From Opitutales bacterium (GTDB lineage Bacteria > Verrucomicrobiota > Verrucomicrobiia > Opitutales > JABSRG01), in NCBI GenBank assembly GCA_013215165.1, contig JABSRG010000003.1, forward strand, positions 17,794 through 81,793: a stretch of DNA of 64,000 bases, written 5' to 3'. Shown one piece after another: positions 1-9,369 of this stretch. A program made the position numbers and the translations under genes. Position 1 is the stretch's first letter, and every line of letters starts with the position of its first letter. Under the pieces are notes generated by a model that made no database searches, had not been told where the DNA came from, and saw only the letters and a list, made by a program, of their open reading frames with translations.

Positions 1-152
1 CTTCCAACGCTAGTTATGAGCGCTGATGCGGCTGATCTCCAAAATTAGCCTTACTGATATCTGCCCTTATAGATATACTCTGTGCCTTGTCTCGCAGTTT
101 ATGGCCGACTATTTTCTTGTGTTTTTGACCTACAAAAATTTTTTCGTTCTCT

Positions 153-1190
153 ATGTCAGCAACCAAGCGGACAGATTCCTACAAAATTGGCCTTTTTGTC
201 TTTTCGTGCTTTTCGCTCGTTTGGGCTTGTTTCCTATTGTACGCTGGCGGCTTCACGACTTCGATCCAGGCAGGCATGGCTTTTCTGGATTGGCCGCTTT
301 CTAATGGCTCGTTGAATCCAGAGCGTTGGATGTCACAGCCCGATCAAGCCGCGGAACACAGTCACCGCCTTTTAGGCATGAAGCTCGGCCTCTTGGCTAT
401 CATCTCAGTAGTGTGGCATGCAGTCCGCGAGGAGCGTAAGGCAGTGAGGGTGACGAGCTATGTGCTGCTGGCAGCCGTTGTTTCCCAGGGTGTTTTGGGA
501 GGCCTCCGCGTTCTCTTGGACCAGCTTAATCATGATTTTGACTCGAACGTCATCGCTCAGAGCTTTGCGATAGCTCACGCTTGCGGGGCCCAGATTGTCT
601 TTTGTATTCTGGCTGCACTCGCTGTGATGCACAGTCCCATGTGGTTTCGACGTGAGGCCGCTGCTGTGGATGGGATTGACCGAGTCCGTGCTCTGGGATG
701 GGCCTCGACAACTGCTTTATTTCTGCAAATCCTTGTAGGAGCGATCATGCGGCACAACCATGCCGGCCTGGCCATCTCGACCTTTCCGATGGCGACCGAG
801 ACGTCGCTTTTGCCGGCAATTTGGAATTTTCACATCAGCATACATTTCGCTCACCGAGCGGGAGCTCTTATCGCAACAGCTATACTCGTTGCGTTTTTCG
901 TACAGGTTTGGAAACGACCAGCTCTCCGAGCGGAGCTTAAAGGCAATGCGGTGCTGATGCTGTCGATTCTAGCGTTTCAGATTTACTTAGGAGCGCTCAC
1001 AATCTGGACCGGACGTAACCCGCATGCCGCGACTGTGCATATGCTTGTGGGCGCATTTTTAATGGGGAGCACCTGGATCATGACCTTCCGCCTTTATCAA
1101 TTTCAACAAGTGGCCGCCTATTGTGTGGGGCGCCCTGAACGCAGGCGAAGTCCTGTCGATGTTAAACAACCCGCTGAACAAGGCGTCTGA
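153..1190 (+). CDS. ctaA: heme A synthase (COX15/CtaA family)
   Basis: 345-aa polytopic membrane ORF with His-containing helices (AEHSHRLLG, MRHNHAGL, HFAHRAGAL) typical of COX15/CtaA. It sits directly upstream of ctaB and the oxidase structural genes. Confidence 0.8.
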   Translation: MSATKRTDSYKIGLFVFSCFSLVWACFLLYAGGFTTSIQAGMAFLDWPLSNGSLNPERWMSQPDQAAEHSHRLLGMKLGLLAIISVVWHAVREERKAVRVTSYVLLAAVVSQGVLGGLRVLLDQLNHDFDSNVIAQSFAIAHACGAQIVFCILAALAVMHSPMWFRREAAAVDGIDRVRALGWASTTALFLQILVGAIMRHNHAGLAISTFPMATETSLLPAIWNFHISIHFAHRAGALIATAILVAFFVQVWKRPALRAELKGNAVLMLSILAFQIYLGALTIWTGRNPHAATVHMLVGAFLMGSTWIMTFRLYQFQQVAAYCVGRPERRRSPVDVKQPAEQGV

Positions 1191-1195
1191 TAGTT

Positions 1196-2116
1196 ATGGC
1201 CTCCCCTCATACCCAGACGAATTCAATCCCAGTCGATACACTGAGTGCCGAGAAAGGCAAGGCTAAGGCGTTTTTCGAGCTTACGAAACCGCGTCTTAGC
1301 ATGATGACGGTCATTACTGCAATCGTCGGATATATGCTCGCCGACCCACAGCGAAGTGGATTTGCGCTGCTTGGGTTGATTTTAGGTACTACTTTCTCCG
1401 CGGGAGGCGCGGCGGCCCTCAACCAGTGGTGGGAGCGCGCGAGTGATGCGCTTATGGCACGGACTCGAGGCCGCCCTATCCCAGCCGGCGTGATCTCGCC
1501 CGAGGCTGCGCTCATTTTTGGGATAACCATCAGCCTCTTAGGTGTAGGAGCATTGTGGTGGATAAACAACTGGCTTGCCGCACTTCTATCCGCCGCGACC
1601 ATTGGACTTTACGTTTTCGTCTACACCCCGATGAAACGCTGGTCATCGTGGAACACTGCTGTGGGCGCGATCCCTGGTGCCATTCCGCCACTCATTGGGT
1701 GGGCTGCGGCTGAGGGGGCTATAGGGTTGATGGGATGGATTCTCTTTGGGATTATCCTCTTTTGGCAAATTCCCCACTTCATGGCGATTGCTTGGACTCA
1801 TCGAAAGGATTACGCCGCGGCTGGATATCGTATGGTCACCACCGATGAGCCGTCAGGCCGTAGTGCAGCTGTCCAATCCTTTGTCTGCACCGTGCTTTTA
1901 GTAGGGGTTACGCTCACTCCGGTGTTTTTGGGATTTGCAAGTTGGTTTTATGGTGCGGCTGCTCTCTTAGGTGGAGCCCCGTTCATGGTATTTGCCACGC
2001 AGTTCTTGCGACATGAGCCGCGTGACATGGCTGCGAAAAAGCTCTTTTTCACCTCCATTTCCCATTTACCCCTAGTTTTGTCCGCACTGGTGCTGGATGT
2101 CTGGATCTTGGGCTAG
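1196..2116 (+). CDS. ctaB: protoheme IX farnesyltransferase (heme O synthase)
   Basis: 306-aa UbiA-type prenyltransferase. Motifs NQWWERASDALMARTRGRP and FWQIPHFMAIAW match CyoE/CtaB. Lies 5 nt after ctaA. Confidence 0.9.
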   Translation: MASPHTQTNSIPVDTLSAEKGKAKAFFELTKPRLSMMTVITAIVGYMLADPQRSGFALLGLILGTTFSAGGAAALNQWWERASDALMARTRGRPIPAGVISPEAALIFGITISLLGVGALWWINNWLAALLSAATIGLYVFVYTPMKRWSSWNTAVGAIPGAIPPLIGWAAAEGAIGLMGWILFGIILFWQIPHFMAIAWTHRKDYAAAGYRMVTTDEPSGRSAAVQSFVCTVLLVGVTLTPVFLGFASWFYGAAALLGGAPFMVFATQFLRHEPRDMAAKKLFFTSISHLPLVLSALVLDVWILG

Positions 2117-2121
2117 TTGCC

Positions 2122-2577
2122 ATGGACTGGTTGACGACACTTCCTGCCATCAACGCCTGCCTGAATGGGGTGTCGACGCTATTGCTGACAGCTGGCTTCG
2201 TGTTCATAAAGAAAGATCAGAAAAAGGCGCATCGTGCCTCGATGGTGAGCGCATTCCTCGTTTCTGCCGTATTTTTGGCGCTTTACTTGACCCACAAGAG
2301 CCTCAAAGCGAGCAGCGGCCAGGATGTGAACACGAGCTTTGCAGGAGAAGGTTTTTGGCGGCCCGTCTATTATACAATGCTGATTACACACGTCATCTTA
2401 GCGATGGCTATGGTGCCGATGATTTTTAGGACGTTCTTTTTGGCATTCAAAGAACGCTTTGAGAGCCACAAAAAGTGGGCCCGGATCACCTTTCCAATCT
2501 GGTATTATGTAAGCATCACGGGTGTCTTGGTCTATTTTTTCATTTATCAGTGGTTCCCTCACCCAGAGAGCCCCTAA
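2122..2577 (+). CDS. DUF420-family membrane protein, commonly linked to cta/SCO clusters
   Basis: 151 aa with 4 predicted TM helices. The N-terminal pattern LPAINACLNGVSTLLLTAGFVFIKK..KAHRASM resembles DUF420. Position inside the cta cluster supports the call. Confidence 0.7.
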   Translation: MDWLTTLPAINACLNGVSTLLLTAGFVFIKKDQKKAHRASMVSAFLVSAVFLALYLTHKSLKASSGQDVNTSFAGEGFWRPVYYTMLITHVILAMAMVPMIFRTFFLAFKERFESHKKWARITFPIWYYVSITGVLVYFFIYQWFPHPESP

Positions 2578-2725
2578 CGATCTATTTCACAACCTTATCT
2601 GAGCCCAGACTCTCATTAGTTTAACTGATTCATAGCGAAAGACTTAACTCTAAAGCGTAATAAAAATCTTAACTAGCATCGATCCATTGACAGTACGGGC
2701 CGTTAGCAGCGAACTTTATGCAGAC

Positions 2726-4009
2726 ATGAGCCTTCCATCCTCATCTTCATGGAAACCTATCTTCAAGCGCATTACGTTTAGCCTATTCGCGATTGCGGCC
2801 CTACTCGGGATGACCGGCTGCGATTTTAAAGGGCGCATGTCGACGTTTGACCCGAAAGGCCCCATCGCCGAAATGCAGCTGGAGATCTTTTATATCACCG
2901 TTTGGGTGACACTTTTTCTCTTTATCGCAGTCGGCGGGGCGCTTTTATATGCGGTCTGGAAATTCCGCGAAACCCCTGAGAATAAAAACGATCCAATTCC
3001 GCGAGTCGGTCACGGAAATCCGTTGATTGAAGTGGGGTTGATCGCCGCCTCGATCCTCATGCTCGTCATCATCGCCGTCCCCACGGTCCAAGTAATCTGG
3101 GAGCAGCATGAGCTTCCGGTAGATAGTGAGCGTTACCGCGAACGCTATGGCGATTACGAGCAGAACCTCCTTGGAAATTGGTATGATGGGGACATCGCAG
3201 ATGGTGAAGAGGATGAAGTGCTAGTTATCAAGGCCTATGGTTGGCAATGGTGGTGGTCATTTGAGTATCCACAGCTCGACGGTGTGGTGACTGCAAACGA
3301 GATGGTTATTCCTAGAGGCAAGGTCGTGAAAATCGAACTGCGCTCGAAAGACGTGATTCATTCCTTTTGGCTTCCCAAGATTGCTGGGAAAGTCGACTTG
3401 ATGCCGGGGCGTGTGAACTGGATGTGGATTCAAGCGGACGAGCCAGGTTATTATTACGGACAGTGCGCCGAGTATTGTGGCGATTCGCACGCCTATATGT
3501 TGTTTCGTGCAGAGGTAGTGGAACCCGATGAGTTCGAAACCTGGATCGACCGCCAGCAGCGCACGATTGAAGCTCCCGAAGGCTACGATACGTGGGGAGC
3601 TTGGTTGGGAGCTACAAACCAGGATGAGTCCTTGGCTAATACACCCTTCCTCAAGGGAGCCAAAGCCTACTTCGCGAATAATTGTTCTTACTGCCACGCC
3701 ATCAATGACATGTCTATGGGTAACATCGCTCCGGACCTCACCAACGTGAAGGATAGGAAGTCTCTGGCTGCTGGATGGATGGAAAACGTGACTGCAGACA
3801 ACCAAGTTGACGTCCCCAAGCAGTATGAAAACTTGGTTGAATGGATCTTCCATTCTGACCAAGTAAAACCGGGTAATTTGATGTATTACCCTTCCCAGGG
3901 ATTGATTAACTATATCAACCCACCTCTCGGCGATGATGGTCAGCCGATACGCACACCGATGACCCTCGAAGACGCGGAAAATATCGCGACCTTCCTTCAG
4001 GAAATCTAA
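2726..4009 (+). CDS. ctaC: cytochrome c oxidase subunit II with fused C-terminal c-type cytochrome (caa3 type)
   Basis: CuA motif CAEYCGDSHAYM, the WQWWWSFEYP segment, and a C-terminal haem-c site CSYCH. A lipobox-like LLGMTGC sits near the N-terminus. The ORF track starts at TTG 2687; I prefer ATG 2726, but the start is uncertain. Confidence 0.9.
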   Translation: MSLPSSSSWKPIFKRITFSLFAIAALLGMTGCDFKGRMSTFDPKGPIAEMQLEIFYITVWVTLFLFIAVGGALLYAVWKFRETPENKNDPIPRVGHGNPLIEVGLIAASILMLVIIAVPTVQVIWEQHELPVDSERYRERYGDYEQNLLGNWYDGDIADGEEDEVLVIKAYGWQWWWSFEYPQLDGVVTANEMVIPRGKVVKIELRSKDVIHSFWLPKIAGKVDLMPGRVNWMWIQADEPGYYYGQCAEYCGDSHAYMLFRAEVVEPDEFETWIDRQQRTIEAPEGYDTWGAWLGATNQDESLANTPFLKGAKAYFANNCSYCHAINDMSMGNIAPDLTNVKDRKSLAAGWMENVTADNQVDVPKQYENLVEWIFHSDQVKPGNLMYYPSQGLINYINPPLGDDGQPIRTPMTLEDAENIATFLQEI

Positions 4010-4033
4010 AAGCCAGACAGAAAGTATTTTCAA

Positions 4034-6061
4034 ATGAGCACTACGACCGTAGAAACCCCAGAAAAGACTGAGCTCGTTTTTGAGCCATCGACGGCTCAAG
4101 AGAGTAACCTCGGACTGCGCCGTCCGGACTTCACCAAAGGCTTGGTAGATTGGATGACCACCGTAGACCACAAGAAGATCGGTATCCTCTACCTGTTTGC
4201 GGGAATATTCTTCTTTATAGTTGGTGGGATTGAGGCGCTTTTAATTCGCGTCCAGTTGGCCCAGCCAATGAATGATTTCATAACGGCTCAGCAATACAAT
4301 CAGCTGTTTACGATGCATGGGACGACGATGATCTTTCTCGCAGTCATGCCGATGAGCGCGGGGTTTTTCAATTATCTCATCCCCCTTCAGATTGGCGCTC
4401 GGGACGTTGCTTTCCCTAGACTCAACGCTTTTAGCCTCTGGTGTTTTATCGGAGGCGCTATCGTATTGAACATCTCCTTTCTCTTCCAGTTCTTGCAGTA
4501 TGCTGGTGTGGATTGGTTCAATATCACTGTAAATCGCGAAGGATATGGTGATTACACCCTGACTGATATTGTTCCTGGCATGGGTTGGTTTGCCTATGCT
4601 CCATTAAGTAATGATGGCTACTCGGGAATCGGTTCAGACTTTTGGATTTTTGGTCTTCAAGTGCTGGGAATCGCCTCGCTAGCCGCTTCGTTTAATTTCA
4701 TCACGACGATCCTGAACATGCGTGCTCCCGGGATGAAGATGATGCGCCTGCCGGCATTCACATGGATGACGCTCATCACCGCTTTCCTCATCATTTTTGC
4801 CTTCCCAGCGATCACGATTGCCTTGGCAGAGCTGATGTTTGACCGGACATTTGGCACCAATTTCTTCCGGGTGGAAGAGGGCGGACAGCCTATCCTTTGG
4901 CAACACCTCTTCTGGGTCTTTGGCCATCCAGAAGTATACATCTTGGTGCTACCCGCTATGGGAATCGTTTCTGAGATCTTACCTACATTTTCTCGCCGTC
5001 CCCTATTCGGTTACCCCATCATCGTCTTTTCAGGCGCAGTCATTGGTTTCCTCGGCTTTGCGGTATGGTCTCACCACATGTTTACAACCGGACTGGGCAA
5101 AATAGCGACCGCAGCATTTTCTCTTCTGACCATGGCTATTGCGGTCCCGACTGGCGTGAAAATCTTTAATTGGATCGGGACTCTCTGGCAGGGGCGCATC
5201 CGCTTTACTGCCCCCATGGTTTTTGCCCTCGGCTTCATCTGGATGTTTATGATGGGTGGATTTTCCGGGATCATGCACTCGGCGGCGCCTGCCGATGCTC
5301 AGCAACAAGACAGTTATTTTGTGATCGCGCACTTCCACTACGTTTTGATCGGTGGAGTAGTCCTTGCGCTCTTGGGAGGCATCTATTTTTGGCTGCCCAA
5401 GATGTTTGGTAAGATGTGGACCGGCAATCTCGGCTATTGGTCTGCTCTGCTGGTGAACATTGGCCTAAATGTCACCTTTTTCCCGATGCATTTTCTCGGA
5501 TTGCTTGGCATGCCACGCCGGACTCATACCTATCTTGAAGGTAATGATTGGGGCTCGTTAAACTTGATCTGTTCCATCGGCGCGTTCGTGTTGGCTTTCG
5601 GAGTATTAATCTTCCTCATCGATATTTTCCTTCTGGTTAAGAAGGGTAAACCCGCAGCGGATGATGCTTGGGGTGAAGGACGCACATTGGAGTGGTATAC
5701 ATCATCGCCTCCCGCTGTGCACAACTTTGACGCTACTCCAGAAGTTCAGGCACGCGATGCTCTTTGGGCTCACAAACACGATGGTCCGAAATATCAGATC
5801 AAAGACATCCCAGAGCCGCATGGTGTGCATATGCCTTCCCAGTCCTGGTGGCCTTTCTTCGGGGCTTTGGGCCTGACCATCATGGCGACTTCTATGTCAC
5901 TCCATGCCGCAGATCTCCTTCACAGTTTCGGCTGGCTCGCCATCTTTGGCTTGGGAATGACCGTTGTGTCCGTATTCCTTTGGGCGCTTGAAGGTCCCGG
6001 AGGTTTCCACATCCATTTCAAGAAGTCCGGAGCCTCTGAACAGAGCCAACTCCAGCACTAA
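4034..6061 (+). CDS. ctaD: cytochrome c oxidase subunit I
   Basis: 675 aa with canonical haem-copper oxidase motifs (LFWVFGHPEVYILVLP, WSHHMFTTG, HFHYVLIGG). It also has a C-terminal two-helix extension of about 110 aa, as seen in Bacillus/Thermus caa3 enzymes. Confidence 0.95.
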   Translation: MSTTTVETPEKTELVFEPSTAQESNLGLRRPDFTKGLVDWMTTVDHKKIGILYLFAGIFFFIVGGIEALLIRVQLAQPMNDFITAQQYNQLFTMHGTTMIFLAVMPMSAGFFNYLIPLQIGARDVAFPRLNAFSLWCFIGGAIVLNISFLFQFLQYAGVDWFNITVNREGYGDYTLTDIVPGMGWFAYAPLSNDGYSGIGSDFWIFGLQVLGIASLAASFNFITTILNMRAPGMKMMRLPAFTWMTLITAFLIIFAFPAITIALAELMFDRTFGTNFFRVEEGGQPILWQHLFWVFGHPEVYILVLPAMGIVSEILPTFSRRPLFGYPIIVFSGAVIGFLGFAVWSHHMFTTGLGKIATAAFSLLTMAIAVPTGVKIFNWIGTLWQGRIRFTAPMVFALGFIWMFMMGGFSGIMHSAAPADAQQQDSYFVIAHFHYVLIGGVVLALLGGIYFWLPKMFGKMWTGNLGYWSALLVNIGLNVTFFPMHFLGLLGMPRRTHTYLEGNDWGSLNLICSIGAFVLAFGVLIFLIDIFLLVKKGKPAADDAWGEGRTLEWYTSSPPAVHNFDATPEVQARDALWAHKHDGPKYQIKDIPEPHGVHMPSQSWWPFFGALGLTIMATSMSLHAADLLHSFGWLAIFGLGMTVVSVFLWALEGPGGFHIHFKKSGASEQSQLQH

Positions 6062-6080
6062 TTAAAATCTTTTGCTTGCT

Positions 6081-6734
6081 ATGAGCCACGCTGCAACGCT
6101 TACCCTCGATGATGGTCACAACGACCACCATGATGGCCATCATGCGCCCACGAATACGGGCGTCGATAACAAGAAATTGGCCATGTGGCTGTTTCTAGGG
6201 TCGGACTGTATGTTCTTTGGAACACTGATCTCCACCCACCTGATCTACCGTAAGCTTTACCCAGACACCGGGGTGCAGCCGACTGATATTTTCAATATAG
6301 CCCTCACGTCTTTCTCGACGTTCATCCTGCTGATGAGCTCATTCCTGATGGCTTTGTGCGTATCAGCGATGCACAAGGGCGACTTGAAAAGTTTTCAGCG
6401 CAATGTAGTTGGTGTCGCGTTTTTCGGACTGATTTTTTTGACCTGCCAGGTGTTTGAGTTCAGTGAGTTTGTCTACGGAATCCCCGGGAAGTTTGAGGGC
6501 TTTACCCTGTCCTCGGGAACTTTTGGATCTACCTTTTTCGTGATGACCGGCACGCATGGCGTGCACGTAGCGATCGGTATTCTCTGGTTGCTGGCTCTGT
6601 TTTTTTACTCGTTCTCGGGGCGTATGACCCACGCAAGCGCGATGGATGTCGAGGTTTCTGGGCTTTACTGGCACTTCGTCGATATCGTCTGGATCGTTAT
6701 CTTCACCGCCGTTTATCTCATCGAATTTATATAG
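6081..6734 (+). CDS. ctaE: cytochrome c oxidase subunit III
   Basis: Polytopic protein ending in the subunit III signature GLYWHFVDIVWIVIFT. It has a His-rich N-terminus (DDGHNDHHDGHH). The ORF track starts at TTG 6072; ATG 6081 is preferred. Confidence 0.9.
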   Translation: MSHAATLTLDDGHNDHHDGHHAPTNTGVDNKKLAMWLFLGSDCMFFGTLISTHLIYRKLYPDTGVQPTDIFNIALTSFSTFILLMSSFLMALCVSAMHKGDLKSFQRNVVGVAFFGLIFLTCQVFEFSEFVYGIPGKFEGFTLSSGTFGSTFFVMTGTHGVHVAIGILWLLALFFYSFSGRMTHASAMDVEVSGLYWHFVDIVWIVIFTAVYLIEFI

Positions 6735-6737
6735 ACC

Positions 6738-7154
6738 ATGGCTACCACAGCAAGCGAACTGACTTTGGCCCCAATGGACGTTCTCAAAAGTGAGAACGAT
6801 AAGTATCACACGTTCATTAATCTGGGGATGATCCTGGCGGTCCTGACCGGGATCGAAATTGTCGTGATTTTCTTTCCGTGGAACGAGGCCCTTATCCTGT
6901 GGGGCCTGATTATTCTATCGGTAATCAAGTTTATCGCGGTGATCGCCTGGTTCATGCACCTGATTTATGACAAAGCGGTATTGACGGTCTTGTTTATGTC
7001 GGGGTTTGTCATTGCGACAGGGACTGTAATCGCACTGGTGGCTTTATTTAGCTACACGGGGGATGAATACGATATCGAGGCCATGAATGAAAGTGTCTTT
7101 GAAGTGCCGGTGGCCCCTCCTCTACCTGAGGGAGCGAAGGCGGGGCATCATTGA
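6738..7154 (+). CDS. ctaF: cytochrome c oxidase subunit IV (prokaryotic COX4-like small subunit)
   Basis: 138-aa protein with 3 TM helices, immediately after ctaE (3-nt gap). Position and size fit bacterial subunit IV. No strong motif was seen. Confidence 0.6.
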   Translation: MATTASELTLAPMDVLKSENDKYHTFINLGMILAVLTGIEIVVIFFPWNEALILWGLIILSVIKFIAVIAWFMHLIYDKAVLTVLFMSGFVIATGTVIALVALFSYTGDEYDIEAMNESVFEVPVAPPLPEGAKAGHH

Positions 7155-7179
7155 TCGCTCCGAACTCCATTTATTTTAA

Positions 7180-7209
7180 GGCTCTGATGGAAAATCAGAG
7201 CCTTTTTTA
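7180..7209 (+). terminator. rho-independent terminator after ctaF
   Basis: Perfect 9-bp stem GGCTCTGAT / ATCAGAGCC with loop GGAAA, followed by TTTTTT. Confidence 0.7.
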
Positions 7210-7223
7210 TTTCACTGATTCCT

Positions 7224-7997
7224 GTGCAGCTTCACTGGCATACTGAACCTTTCTTAATCATATCCATCCTAGGGGTAGCCTGGCTCTACACCTTGCTGAT
7301 GGGACCCTTGCGCAGTCGTTTTTCGGGTGCGCCTGAGCGTATGCCATGGACGGCCTACAATTGTTTCCAAACCGGCCTGGCGCTGGCCTATATTTCTGTC
7401 GCCTCGCCCCTGGATCAGATCGGGGAACAGTTTCTGTTTTCGGCGCACATGGTGCAACACATGATTTTGGTCTATGTTTGCCCTCCATTAATGATTTATG
7501 GCCTACCGTGGTGGCTGGTAGACCCACTGTTTCGGGTTAAAGGCCTAGGGTTAGTCTTCAGGAAGCTTTTTCATCCCCTCGTTGGAGGTATGACCTTTAG
7601 TACGGTTTATACGGTCTGGCACATCCCGCTTCTCTATGAGATGGCTCTACAGGATAAAACCATACACATCATCGAGCATCTCACGATGTTTGGGACAGGA
7701 TGGATGATGCTGTGGATGGTCTTTTCCCAGTCCAAAGAGATCCCTATCAGCAATCCAGGGGTGCGTATGATCGGAGTGTTCCTGCTTATGGTCGCTCAAC
7801 TGCCAGTGTTTGCCTTTCTTACTCTTTCGGATGCGGTTCTGTATCCTACTTACGATTGGGCTCCACGGATCATTCCAGGGTTTGAAGCATTGCCAGACCA
7901 GATTCTCGGCGGCGTCATTATGAAGATCAGCAACATGGTCTTTTCGCTCTCAGTATTTGCCTACGCCTTCTTTACCTGGGCAAAACACGAGAGTTAA
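7224..7997 (+). CDS. ctaG: cytochrome c oxidase assembly factor CtaG (caa3_CtaG family membrane protein)
   Basis: 257-aa polytopic protein. The motif SAHMVQHMILVYVCPPLMIYGLPWW matches the caa3 CtaG family. GTG start. Follows the oxidase genes as in Bacillus. Confidence 0.75.
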   Translation: MQLHWHTEPFLIISILGVAWLYTLLMGPLRSRFSGAPERMPWTAYNCFQTGLALAYISVASPLDQIGEQFLFSAHMVQHMILVYVCPPLMIYGLPWWLVDPLFRVKGLGLVFRKLFHPLVGGMTFSTVYTVWHIPLLYEMALQDKTIHIIEHLTMFGTGWMMLWMVFSQSKEIPISNPGVRMIGVFLLMVAQLPVFAFLTLSDAVLYPTYDWAPRIIPGFEALPDQILGGVIMKISNMVFSLSVFAYAFFTWAKHES

Positions 7998-8011
7998 TAT
8001 TTGAAGCCTCG

Positions 8012-8037
8012 GGAACCGTGCTATTTGCTCTATGTCT
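8012..8037 (+). promoter_or_regulatory. candidate ECF-type promoter (GGAAC-N17-GTCT) upstream of the ECF sigma gene
   Basis: GGAAC at 8012-8016 and GTCT at 8034-8037 with a 17-nt spacer, about 70 nt upstream of the sigma start. This is pattern-level only. Confidence 0.3.
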
Positions 8038-8110
8038 TTTAACCTATTATGCCACCCAGATTTTGCCTTTGCACGTTGGCCTAAAGCATGCACTGTAACG
8101 CGATTGATTT

Positions 8111-8743
8111 ATGGCTAGCGTATTGCCCAGCAAATTGACAACAGCCCGGACCGTGGTGGCCAAGGAGACCAATGCGGATCGCGAGGCTGCATTGGTGCGC
8201 CGTGTCCAAGAGGGTGATGTCCGGGCTTTCGATTCGCTGGTGCTAAATAATCGCGAGCGCTTATTCTCTATCGTTTACAATCTGACTTCCAATCGGGAGG
8301 ATGCGGCAGATCTGACCCAGGAAGCGTTTATAAAGGCCTTTCGCTCTATCCACAATTTCAAGGGTAAATCTTCGTTTTACACGTGGCTTTATCGCATTGC
8401 CGTCAACACGGCTTACAGCTACCTCAAAAAGCACCGCTGGAAGCGTTTCTTCTCTCTTGAGAATATCAATGAAGAAGGGGCGGCGGCTGATATCATCGAG
8501 AAACTCACTGCTGCCAACAAAACCGAAAAGCCTGCCATGATGGCGGAGCTGCAGGAAAAATTGAACGAAGCGCTTCAATCTCTGTCTTTGAAACATCGCA
8601 CTGTGATCACGCTTTTTGAAGTCGAGGGCCTGAGCCACCAGGAGATAGCCGAAATCGTCGGCTGCTCTGAGGGGACTGTCCGGTCACGTCTCCATTATGC
8701 CAAACAAGAACTTCAAGGGATTCTGAAAGATTATCTCGGATAA
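8111..8743 (+). CDS. ECF-family RNA polymerase sigma factor (sigma-70 regions 2 and 4)
   Basis: Region 2 pattern (LFSIVYNLTSNREDAADLTQEAFIKAFRSIHNFKGKSSFYTWLYRIAVNTA) and region 4 HTH (LSHQEIAEIVGCSEGTVRSRLHYAKQEL). Confidence 0.9.
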   Translation: MASVLPSKLTTARTVVAKETNADREAALVRRVQEGDVRAFDSLVLNNRERLFSIVYNLTSNREDAADLTQEAFIKAFRSIHNFKGKSSFYTWLYRIAVNTAYSYLKKHRWKRFFSLENINEEGAAADIIEKLTAANKTEKPAMMAELQEKLNEALQSLSLKHRTVITLFEVEGLSHQEIAEIVGCSEGTVRSRLHYAKQELQGILKDYLG

Positions 8744-8750
8744 AGCGACT

Positions 8751-9338
8751 ATGCCAGAACGCACTTCAGCTGAGACCAGCCAAGACCTGACATTGGAAGA
8801 GTTGCTCCGACTCAAAAAGCACGAGCAACCTGATCCTTCTTTTTGGGAGTCATTCGAGACCGAATTAAAAGCGCGGATGGTGCGGGAACTGGTTAAGAAA
8901 CCCTGCCCCAGAGAGCGCCTATCAGCAGCTATTTCATTTTTCCTCACACGCTTATTGCCTGCATCGGGGGCTGTCGCTGCCCTGTTGCTTGCCCTGTTTC
9001 TTCAGTCGGGTTCAGGCTGGACCTCTGCCCTCTTGCTCGAATCTGCTTCGCCGACATTGGACGGGATACAGGCTGTTTCTCAAAATGAGCCTGGCGCGAC
9101 TGAGTCTTCTTTTGCAAACCAAGGATCATCTATGGACACGGCAGCTCTCCTCGCTGCATCCGATTTCGCGGTCGATATAATTTCTAGCCCTCAGGCTGAT
9201 CGAGAGGCTAGCTACAAAACCGATTTTCTCCCCGATGTTCTTGCTTCCCAAAATACGGAACGTGCTTCGTATACGGAGGATGTGATATCAGTTAATTTGG
9301 CTTCGATATCGCCCGCATCCTTCATTTTGGGAATGTAG
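8751..9338 (+). CDS. putative single-pass membrane anti-sigma factor
   Basis: Starts 8 nt after the sigma gene. It has a short cytoplasmic N-terminus, one TM helix (LLPASGAVAALLLALFL) and an extracytoplasmic tail. No zinc (HxxxCxxC) motif. The call rests on position and architecture only. Confidence 0.5.
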   Translation: MPERTSAETSQDLTLEELLRLKKHEQPDPSFWESFETELKARMVRELVKKPCPRERLSAAISFFLTRLLPASGAVAALLLALFLQSGSGWTSALLLESASPTLDGIQAVSQNEPGATESSFANQGSSMDTAALLAASDFAVDIISSPQADREASYKTDFLPDVLASQNTERASYTEDVISVNLASISPASFILGM

Positions 9339-9369
9339 CTTTAGAGACAAGCCCTCCCCCTGTGTTGTT

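Noticed and set aside
1-152. Possible partial gene or regulatory RNA at the left window edge, upstream of ctaA.
   Set aside because: No open frame with protein-like composition runs into the edge on either strand, and I saw no convincing structure. I treat it as the ctaA promoter/leader region without a specific call.
3257-4171. Long antisense ORFs opposite well-supported genes. The list is: 3257-4171 (- strand, 304 aa) opposite ctaC; 40296-41030 (- strand) opposite the glucosidase; 43267-43914 (+ strand) opposite lptB; 57700-58593 (+ strand) opposite gpmI; 13283-13795 (+ strand); and 25536-26000 (+ strand).
   Set aside because: Each overlaps a gene with diagnostic family motifs on the other strand. 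Their translations are low-complexity or Arg/Ser/Pro-biased with no recognisable motifs. They are typical shadow ORFs.
5700-6061. The C-terminal ~110-aa two-helix extension of cytochrome oxidase subunit I as a novel fusion.
   Set aside because: The same extension is an established feature of caa3-type subunit I in Bacillus and Thermus-like enzymes, and the cluster order here is Bacillus-like.
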